Of a DNA stretch of 64,000 nucleotides, positions 1 to 9,018 are shown in pieces. The stretch covers positions 256,184,001-256,248,000 of the forward strand of contig NW_027362771.1 of assembly GCF_046119375.1 (NCBI RefSeq), written 5' to 3'. Made by a program: the position numbers and the translations under genes. The first letter of the stretch is position 1. Every line of letters starts with the position of its first letter. Under the pieces are notes generated by a model. It had not been told where the DNA came from. It was given only the letters and a program-made list of their open reading frames with translations, and searched no databases. The DNA is from Phyllobates terribilis (Eukaryota).

Positions 1-1256
1 TTGCACCTCGAACCAGAGGTGTGGTATTCCACTCCCGGGTAAGGATGGAGTGTGGAACGGGGCTCAGTTAGCTGCATGCACCACACTCACCCCATTTCCG
101 GGGGACAGATCAACGGTACTCCCACCAGATAGATGTGCAGGTACGACAGCGTCTGTCCCTGGCTGGAGTGGGGAGGGGGGAGGAACATCCCAGTGGTGTA
201 GGAGCAGAGAGGGGAGGGACTCTGGGCATAGGTAGGAGCCCATTGGGTGCTAGTCACCTGGGCTCGGGTGTCAGAAGGAAGTATAAAAGGTGGGCACCAT
301 GATAGAACAGGGTGCAGTCCCGGTTAGTTCAGTCTGGAGGAGAAGCAGAGGAGCTCAGCCAGAGAGGGCTGACAGGGAGCTGTGGCTCAGTCCAGGCCCA
401 GCTCCAGAGTCAGGCCTGAAGTGGAGGCCTGAGGCAGAGAGAGAGAGAAGGAAGAAGAAGAAGGAACAGAAAGGAACAGGAACACAGGGAAAGGCCCAGA
501 GACGCAAGTGAAGAGGGAACCCTAAGATCCCACGAGATATCGGGTGAAGGGTTGGCAGAGCAGGGTACCGGATCCCAAACTGGTGGAGGCCAATTATCCT
601 TAGCCAGGAACCGGAGGTCGTGGTCAAGTCTTGGCGCGACCCCTCACCATATCCACCAGGAAGGCACGCCATATAGGGTCAGGGAAACCGGAGAGAGAGG
701 TTTCACCAACAAAAGGCCCGAGGAAGCCGGACATAGGTGGGTCCCTGGTGGGGACGGCCAGTAGAGAGGATGAGTAGGGAGCTCTGAACCACGCTCTGGA
801 CTTGCCTGGGAGTTGGCCGAGTCCCGTACCTGGTGGACGCAGCACGGCTTGGGTGGTCACTGCTGGCCGAAGTGACCGGAGCAACAACTGTGAGTAAAGC
901 TTTGGAAACTGCACCACACGTCTCTGTGATTCCTGGCCGCTCCAACACCACTATCATCATTCCCTGCTTCACCAGCTGCCCTGAGGCTATACCCCTCCCG
1001 TTGGGGGTTATACCATCCACGCTGCACAACCGTACCACCGGCCTCAGCGGTCTGCCCTGCAGCGGCGGTTTCATAACCGCATTCAACGGGTGGAGTAGTC
1101 GAACTCTATAACATCTTATTCTAAGTTCTGCCACTTGGTTTGACACCCTGGGCACGGACCGGGTCACCGCCACGAGGACTACTACCCCTATCAGATCCGG
1201 CTCCGGGTATTCCCCACATGCGCAACGCTACACAACATGGTCCAGGGGGTGCGTCA
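1..1256 (+). repeat. 5' LTR (partial) of the CSD-carrying element
   Basis: Matches 3785-5040 with about 17 substitutions counted by eye and no indels. Ends in CA, 4 nt before the PBS. TATAAAA at 282-288 and a variant polyA signal AGTAAA at 893-898. Confidence 0.93.
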
Positions 1257-3144
1257 ACTTTGGCGTAGTCGGCAGGATCTCGTGCCCGCAACCATCGGGT
1301 ACTGCGTGCCTGAAGAAAAATTCACATGTACCTCAAAAAGAAGTCTCCCGCCAATTCCAGAGGATTCCCGCCATCGGACGCCATCTCGGGTCGTTTCCCG
1401 CCGTTTGCCCGCCATCTGCAGCTTTTGCCCGCCATCCGCGGAGTTTCCCGCCATCAGGGGACGACTCCCGCCATCTTGGACGGTTTCCCGCCCTGGCAGA
1501 GCGGACGCCATTGTGGGCGTGCCAGAGGGTGGCAAGAGGCCACCTCCCATCGTGGGCATGGTCCCAGAGTGGCGCCAAAGGAGGAGACCGCCCCCACCAG
1601 CCGAGACTGCAACAATGGAGATGTCCATCAAAGTGGGGGGGCTGCCCCTGAAACTGACTGTCGCTAAGTTGCCCCGGGGCCACTCCCAATGGGGGCGGAT
1701 AGGGAACAAAACTGTGGGGCAGGGCGCGCTCTGGATCAGTCTGGACAGACCGCACCCGGGAATGGAGGAAGCGTCCAGCAGTACCAACACCTTGGTCCGG
1801 AGCCTGCTGCAGGCCGCACCGCCAGACAGCCTAGTGGAGATCCTGGCACAGCTCCCCAGAGATCCGGAGCGTGCACAGGCTGCGCTGGAGGACTTGGACC
1901 GGAGGATGGCCCGGGCACAGCAAGATGCGCTGGCCGAGTGGAGAAGGGAGATGGCCCAGCAGGCTGGAACCCGCCAGCAGGAGGCGCCACCCGCCATGTG
2001 GAGCATGTCTGCCCCTGAGGATGGTGCAGGAGGGACGAAGGCCGGAGACGACGCCGCGGAGGGAGCCGCAAGGATGGAAGCAGGTAATGGGGACGTCATT
2101 ACCCCGAGCCCAGTAGCCGCAAGCCTGCCCCAGCTCCCCGTCGCAGAGCCCGAAGTCCTACTCACCACGCCCGTTGCCGCACCGCCACTGCTCCCAACTA
2201 GGCCTCAAGCGGCAGGAGCCGCGGTCACGCCCCCTTTCATGCCACGCCCCTCGACCCTGAGCGCGGCAAAACAGGAAGTGCCACCGGCCTGGTCGCAAGG
2301 CCTGGTGAACCCGAGCGCCGCTGCCCCTCCAGCGCCCTCTTCCTCAACAGTGCCATTCCTAGACCCAAATAGAATTCCACCGGCCTGGTCGCAAGGCCGA
2401 GTACCCCCGGGCGCCGCTGCCCCCACAGCGCCCTCTGCCTCCACAGTGCCACCCCTGGGCGCAGATCTCTTCGCGCAACATACCAGCCCGGACGGGCTGC
2501 CCTTCGTGTGGCCACCGGAGTACGTCAATCCCCGACTCCGGAAGGAACGACCCCTGTGTGAGCCTCTGATCCCGGCTCCGGCGCCCGCCAAAATCGCTCC
2601 GCTCCCGTTAGAGGACGCCCAATTTGAATGGGATCCGACCGGTGAGAACCTCATGGGGTTCACCCAGGAGACCCGGGCGGACGCAGCCCGGCGTGAGGAG
2701 TGCTGCCATCAACAGCTGGAGGTCTTTGGGAGAGAACGGCGAGAGAGGCGGATCCGCGAGGAACAGCTGCAGGCCCGAAGCGCAGAACAAAAGCGCAGGG
2801 CCCGACAAAACCCCCGTACGGCCTACGGTCCCCGCGCCGACGGGACCGTAATAAAGTTCCAGCTAGAGCATGGCTGGGGCTTTATCCGGGACCACCGAAC
2901 CCCCGGCGACGTCTTTGTTACCCGCAGGGATGTCGAGAGCCACCCACCTGAGGGACACCGTGGACGTGATCTCTACCCGGGTGACGTGGTCACCTTTACC
3001 CGGCACAAGGGTGCCAAGGGACCGTACGCCCTTCACGTACACCGGCTAACCGAGGAGGAGCTGCAGTATGAGGAAAGCCAAGAGGACCCGGACGGGTCTG
3101 AAGACTACCCTCAGGAGGGAGCACAAAGAGGACATAGCTACTGA
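1237..3144 (+). CDS. 635-aa ORF: helical/coiled-coil segments, Pro/Ala-rich linker, C-terminal cold-shock domain and acidic tail; true start may be Met at 1615
   Basis: Uninterrupted ORF. Residues 536-601 (nt 2842-3039) read GTVIKF..HGWGFI..GDVFVT..PGDVVTF..KGPYALHV, matching CSD beta1, RNP1, RNP2 and beta4/5. Confidence 0.8.
   Translation: MVQGVRQLWRSRQDLVPATIGYCVPEEKFTCTSKRSLPPIPEDSRHRTPSRVVSRRLPAICSFCPPSAEFPAIRGRLPPSWTVSRPGRADAIVGVPEGGKRPPPIVGMVPEWRQRRRPPPPAETATMEMSIKVGGLPLKLTVAKLPRGHSQWGRIGNKTVGQGALWISLDRPHPGMEEASSSTNTLVRSLLQAAPPDSLVEILAQLPRDPERAQAALEDLDRRMARAQQDALAEWRREMAQQAGTRQQEAPPAMWSMSAPEDGAGGTKAGDDAAEGAARMEAGNGDVITPSPVAASLPQLPVAEPEVLLTTPVAAPPLLPTRPQAAGAAVTPPFMPRPSTLSAAKQEVPPAWSQGLVNPSAAAPPAPSSSTVPFLDPNRIPPAWSQGRVPPGAAAPTAPSASTVPPLGADLFAQHTSPDGLPFVWPPEYVNPRLRKERPLCEPLIPAPAPAKIAPLPLEDAQFEWDPTGENLMGFTQETRADAARREECCHQQLEVFGRERRERRIREEQLQARSAEQKRRARQNPRTAYGPRADGTVIKFQLEHGWGFIRDHRTPGDVFVTRRDVESHPPEGHRGRDLYPGDVVTFTRHKGAKGPYALHVHRLTEEELQYEESQEDPDGSEDYPQEGAQRGHSY
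1261..1278 (+). promoter_or_regulatory. Primer binding site complementary to the tRNA-Ser 3' end
   Basis: TGGCGTAGTCGGCAGGAT is the reverse complement of ...ATCCTGCCGACTACG-CCA, the 3' end of vertebrate tRNA-Ser(AGA/TGA). Confidence 0.9.
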
Positions 3145-3749
3145 AGGGAAGTAGCGTGAACGAAGGACTGTATATAGTTACCCGTTAGGGTACCCGAGCT
3201 GCTGCTATTGAACTGAGGTCCCCATTGGGACTGTTTTGAAACTGTTGTCTGCTTTGCCCTAATCCCTAACCTGGCTGGGGACTGAGAACAGCCACCCTTT
3301 GTTTTTCCAGGCCGAGGACTGTGAGCGGCCATACCCCTTGTACATAGTTGCGCTTCTTAAAGTGCCCCCTACTGGTTTTATACAAGAACTGCTTTTCTAC
3401 CACGGAATTAGTGACTGTTGCACTTTACCTGGTCACAAGTTGCACCGTGGCCAGAGATCAAGAATATATTTTGAAAATGTTTTATTTGAAAATGTCTTAT
3501 AATGGAAAGTTAAATATGCTGCTAAAATAATAATGCCAAAAGTTTTATATGGTGTTTTGCAAAAAGAGTTCCGGTGGCATTAGAAAAATGTTTATACCAG
3601 TAACGTTTAAAAGGAAAAGAGTACCTCCCATAAAGGGATGGGATAAAAGTTAATGTCTTATATATGAGTGCACTTTAAAAATTGGTATGTTTTAAATTGT
3701 CTTTGCTCTTTTCCAGCCCGAGGACGTGCTGTGATTTACCAGGGGGGAA

Positions 3750-5040
3750 TGTAGCACCCCGAGGACTCGGCTGCTGCAGGAGTATTGCACCTCGAACCAG
3801 AGGTGTGGTATTCCACTCCCGGGTAAGGATGGAGTGTGGAACGGGGCTCAGTTAGCTGCATGCACCACACTCACCCCATTTCCGGGGGACAGATCAACGG
3901 TACTCCCACCAGATAGATGTGCAGGTACGAGAGCGTCTGTCCCTGGCTGGAGTGGGGAGGGGGGAGGAACATCCCAGTGGTGTAGGAGCAGAGAGGGGAG
4001 GGACTCTGGGCATAGGTAGGAGCCCATTGGGTGCTAGTCACCTGGGCTCGGGTGTCAGAAGGGAGTATAAAAGGTGGGCACCATGATAGAACAGGGTGCA
4101 GTCCCGGTTAGTTCAGTCTGGAGGAGAAGCAGAGGAGCTCAGCCAGAGAGGGCTGACAGGGAGCTGTGGCTCAGTCCGGGCCCAGCTCCAGAGCCAGGCC
4201 TGAAGTGGAGCCCTAAGGCAGAGAGAGAGAGAAGGAAGAATAAGAAGGAACAGAAAGGAACAGGAACACAGGGAAAGGCCCAGAGACGCAAGTGAAGAGG
4301 GAACCCTAAGATCCCACGAGATATCGGGTGAAGGGTTGGCAGAGCAGGGTACCGGATCCTAAACTGGTGGAGGCCAATTATCCTTAGCCAGGAACCGGAG
4401 GTCGTGGTCAAGTCTTGGCGCGTCCCCTCACCATATCCACCAGGAAGGCACGCCATATAGGATCAGGGAAACCGGAGAGAGAGGTTTCACCAACAAAAGG
4501 CCCGAGGAAGCCGGACATAGGTGGGTCCCTGGTGGGGACGGCCAGTAGAGAGGATGAGTAGGGAGCTCTGAACCACGCTCTGGACTTGCCTGGGAGTTGG
4601 CCGAGTCCCGTACCTGGTGGACGCAGCACGGCTTGGGTGGTCACTGCTGGCCGAAGTGACCGGAGCAACAACTGTGAGTAAAGCTTTGGAAACTGCACCA
4701 CACGTCTCTGTGATTCCTGGCCGCTCCAACACCACTATCATCATTCCCTGCTTCACCAGCTGCCCTGAGGCTATACCCCTCCCGTTGGGGGTTATACCAT
4801 CCACGCTGCACAACCGTACCACCGGCCTCAGCGGTGTGCCCTGCAGCGGCGGTTTCATAACCGCATTCAACGGGTGGCGTAGTCGAACTCTATAACATCT
4901 TATTCTAAGTTCTGCCACTTGGTTTGACACCCTGGGCACGGACCGGGTCACCGCCACGAGGACTACTACCCCTATCAGATTCGGCTCCGGGTATTCCCCG
5001 CATGCGCAGCGCTACACAACATGGCCCAGGGGGCGCGTCA
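3750..5040 (+). repeat. 3' LTR (1291 bp)
   Basis: Starts TG right after the purine tract AGGGGGGAA, ends CA, followed by unrelated AT-rich flank TTTGTA. Imperfect terminal inverted repeat TG..GCACCCC. Confidence 0.93.
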
Positions 5041-6846
5041 TTTGTATAGGTGGCTTTTATATTTTGTTACTTTTACACACTTAGGATAAATGCACAAATG
5101 TATTTTTCAGGCAGATTCCGATACGGAAACCTATCCTAAGTATATTGCACATAATGTCTTTCAAACTCAAGCGAAGTAGCCGAGTTTTTCAAGCAGAAGA
5201 CTCTTCAGGAAACTCTGGAGTTTTTTTTCCTGAAGCATCATTTTTTGGTTGTTTTCAAATGGTTTTTCCAAAGACTTTGTCCACAAGTGGTTTTTCCATG
5301 GTTTTTATGACATCTTTTTACCGTCATTTTCCAGTCATTTTTTTCACAACATTGAATAATGAAGAAGCTGCTAGCGTTTTTTTAAGAAAAAATGATGGTA
5401 AAATGCTCCTAAAGATGTCTCCGGGCATCTTCCTGGCATCTTTGGAGCTTTTCCATTGGCTTGTATTGTAAACTACAGAGCATCTTCTAAGCGGAAAATG
5501 CCAGAAGAATGGACACTTATTTTACCCGCTTGCCAATTTTAGAAACCTGATGAGATTAAAAGATGTTCAAAAACCTGAACATATACACAGCAAGTTGTTT
5601 TTATATATAAAAAAAAAAAAACACATGTTCATTGTTTTGAGCGCTTTCTAATAGACTTTTCAAGCAGTTTATGCAGTGCAATCCATCTGAAAAAGATGTT
5701 GGGTGCACAGCCCATTAAAAAAAATTTCTACAAAGAGCTTATTTTTTAGAATACATAGCATTTTTTGATCGCTTTCTATACAATTTGTTTCTTAGACTTT
5801 GTTCATGTTGTTTGCAACGTACCATTTTGTTCCAACTCCGTTCCGTCTTGATTTCTATTGTGTTGATGAGAAAAATGTGCTAAATCCTGTACTATTCACC
5901 CCATCAAATGTAATGGGGCTACTGACGGAGACTCCAAACTGAGTGTACAGAGCTTCACCTGTTTTTTTTCCAACAATTCATGTGAGCAGGAAATGACTGT
6001 TTTTGAGGGAGGAAAATAGGTTGTAAATGAATGTTTCCTTTCCTACCAATTTCTCATCTGCCTCAGTACTAATCAATAGGATTCAATAATTAAAGCTTTA
6101 AGGTTGAACCTATAGCCTAACATGATCAATCATATGGGAGAGAGGTTCAGAAATGCAACAGACTGCCCTTTCTAAGGTAATATAAGATTGATGTAAGGTA
6201 TACAAATGCATACCTGCAAAAAGTCCCTGTAATGTTAGGACAGTCCTGTAAACTGGCCCACAGGAGGGTTAGATCATAGTAAAACCACAGTCTCAGAGTA
6301 TGAGCTCACAGAGATTTTTTCAGGTGGAGTCCACCTGGAACTCACGAGAAAAGTGCTCAATAAAATGTTAAAAATATAGAACATAAGCACAAAAATGTCA
6401 AAATGACTTGCTGTTCATAAGATCTTTTTAGCTTATTTTAGCTGCTTCAAACTTCGAAAGCCATGAAGCAGCTAAAAGAAGCAACTTGACCATTCTTCAG
6501 GCGTCTTCTGCTTGGAAGTCGCCAATATTTTATATATAAAATTTAAAACAAATGATGCTGGTGGCAAAAACGTTGCAAAAATGCCAATAAAGACAACAGA
6601 CAAAACGCCGCCGGTGTTTTCCTGAAGTGTCGAAAACTCAGCGGGGACACCAACATCTATAAGATGCCTTTTTTTGCACATGACTGTAAGCATACATTCT
6701 TGGGTGTCATGGGTGTATAGGTCCTGGAAGCAAAGGTTTAAATCCATATAAGAGAAAAGAGTCATTAGAAGGCAACTGTAATGAATGATAAATTAACAAT
6801 ACTGTTAATATAGGTCTATGGAGGACAAATGGGGCATTACCCTTAA

Positions 6847-7328
6847 AGGGGTTCTCTCAAATTGCATGTTCAGTAGCACACCACTCATGGCCGCTGGGTT
6901 CCTGCCTGGCCTGGGGCAGTATGCTCCTGAAGATTGACAGTTTAGAGGAGCGACAAGTTCATGGCACTAGTCCAGATTGTGCTCTCTCACAGGCTGCTAG
7001 TAGAGGAAGTTTTGCCTCTGTAGCATCGGAGAACAGTAGGGGAACTAAAGCTGTTTGGATTTAGCAATGCAGCCAGCTTCAGAGTTGCATGAGCAGGCTG
7101 TGAAGCATAGATAGAGGCTGCTTATGCAGTGTACTTCTTAACTGGATAACCAGCCAGGCTGGGATTACAAGGTGGCCGGTAACCTAGGCAATAAGCTGTA
7201 CTTTATAAAATTTAAAATCCATCGTTCTTGAGAATGTAGATGATTTTTAATAAGGGGTAAATTGCAAAGTTGCTAGTTTTTACGAGCACTTTGACATTTT
7301 ACTCATATATAAACTTGAAACAACCCTT
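6847..7328. mobile_element. Kolobok/T2-type MITE
   Basis: TTAA at 6843-6846 and 7329-7332 flank termini AGGGGTT... / ...AACCCT. Confidence 0.55.
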
Positions 7329-7932
7329 TTAAACAGCTAAACTTTTAGCCTTTTTGCTGTTTTGCCACCACTTTTTGTCCTGCAACCTTCACTCCTTCTT
7401 TGGAATCAGCAATGCTGATGTGTGAGTTGAAGTTAAAGGGTCCCAATGTAAAATGAGTAATAGGCCCCATCAGACACCAGATCCCGTGAGCAGCTGCTAC
7501 TTCTGAATCCATATAGCTACACCCCTGGTGCCATGGTTTAATCTTTTCAACTGTTCATAGGTGTTGTTTTGCCATCCCGATGCGGGAAGTAATTTTCAAG
7601 GTTTTTCAAATATAAGCAATAACTGTTTACTTTAGAGTTATCCTATTAAGTGCACACATAGCAGATCATTGTAAAAGATTTCTGAGTAGGCAATAAGAGT
7701 CAATTATATTTTTTATGGAGCAAACCAGGGGAGGAGTCCTGAGGAGATAATTTGCATATTCCCACTGCATTTTGGGGTAAGTGAAGAGTCTCCGCGAGCT
7801 CAAAGAACACTGGATTTTGGCTGTTGGAGCTGAAAAGAGGATATCGGTAAACCGCGCGCCTACTGGCGCGCGCATTTTGAAGCTTTTTTTTTAAGCTTTT
7901 TTCACTGTTTTCAGAACATTAACAATAAGAAC

Positions 7933-8896
7933 ATGGAAGAGTCCAGGAGCCATTTGGTGAGCTGCATATCCTGCTACATGTTCACAGACTTGCCAGTGGA
8001 AAAGCCAAACTTCACATGCCAGAAATGCAAGCTTGTGTCCCTGTTGAAGGAAAAGTTGCGAAATCTAGAAGAGAGGTTAACTACCTTAAAAATCATTAAG
8101 GAAGGTGAAGAGTTCTTAGACAGAGCAGAATTATCTCTTCATGATTCAGAAAGAGAAGAAAATTCGAACTGCACCTGACGAAACAGAGGAATGGAAGCAT
8201 GTGACCCACAGAAGCAGGAGGATCGAGAGGCAGTCAGCACCCATACTGCTCAGGAACCAGTACCAGGCTCTCACGCAGGAAAACAATGAAGAAATACAGC
8301 AAGATAAGACTTTGCCAGCAATGAATAACCTTGTAAGCCCTCAGAATCCTCCTGGATGGAGAAAGAAGAATGTTGTGAATAAAAAACGGAGAGTGGTGGT
8401 CATGGGGGATTCCCTGTTAAGAGGAACAGAGGCCGCTATCTGCAGACCAGACATAACCTCAAGAGAAATGTGCTGTCTTCCAGGAGCAAAAATTAAAGAT
8501 GTGTCTGACAGGATATCAAGACTCTTCAGACCTACAGATCACTACCCATTCCTGCTAATACATGTGGGGATAAATGACACCGCAAGAAAGGACCTGGAAA
8601 CCATCTGCATTGACTTTGAAGACTTAGGCAAGAAAGTGAAAGAATTGGGAGCGCAGGTAGTCTTCTCATCCATCCTCCCAGTGGATGGCCATGGAACAAT
8701 GAGGTGGAATAAGATTCTACAGGTGAACAACTGGCTACGTCGATGGTGCCGTCAACAAGGATTTGGATTTCTGGATCACGGAATGAATTACCTATACGAT
8801 GGACTACTTGCTAGAGATGGGGTGCACCTTACGAAGACTGGAAAACATGTATTTGGAAGTCGCCTTGCTACACTCATCAGAAGAGCTTTAAACTAG
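7933..8896 (+). pseudogene. CR1 ORF1p (CxxC-CxxC finger, leucine zipper, SGNH/GDSL esterase) split by one frameshift near 8150-8170
   Basis: ORF 7933-8178 has CISC...CQKC plus a heptad Leu region. Overlapping ORF 8141-8896 has GDSL, GIND and DGVH esterase blocks. Confidence 0.85.
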
Positions 8897-9018
8897 AACA
8901 ATGTGGGAAGGGAAGCAAAAGGCCAGAAAAAGCCATACAGCTGACAAATACTATTGAGATCTCTGCTACTGGAAGTGGAAAAGAAGAACAAAGACAAAAC
9001 AATTTAAATAATAAAAAT

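Larger units (their letters stand above)
1..5040 (+). mobile_element. Non-autonomous LTR retroelement (LTR-PBS-single ORF-PPT-LTR) lacking pol; 5' end truncated by about 35 bp at the window edge
   Basis: Direct repeat 1-1256 = 3785-5040 at a constant offset of 3784. The 3' LTR runs TGTAGCACCCC...GCGTCA (TG...CA). PBS at 1261-1278, PPT at 3741-3749. No RT (YxDD), protease or integrase motifs in the 2.5 kb internal region. Confidence 0.93.

Noticed and set aside
50-1173. Several 60-156 aa ORFs in the LTR, duplicated at 3834-4957
   Set aside because: They are duplicated only because the LTR is; no motifs; expected by chance in GC-rich sequence.
1254-2168. 304-aa antisense ORF opposite the CSD ORF
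   Set aside because: GC-rich shadow frame with no recognisable domain; its low-complexity composition mirrors the sense ORF.
7665-7690. Candidate CR1 target-site duplication (TAAAAGATTT versus TAAAGGATTT after the tail)
   Set aside because: The match is imperfect and short in AT-rich DNA, so it cannot fix the 5' boundary.
5041-7700. Possible slc26a3 exon 7
   Set aside because: No AG/GT-bounded segment encoding a KLPVPIPIE-like sequence was found by eye; it is probably upstream of the window.
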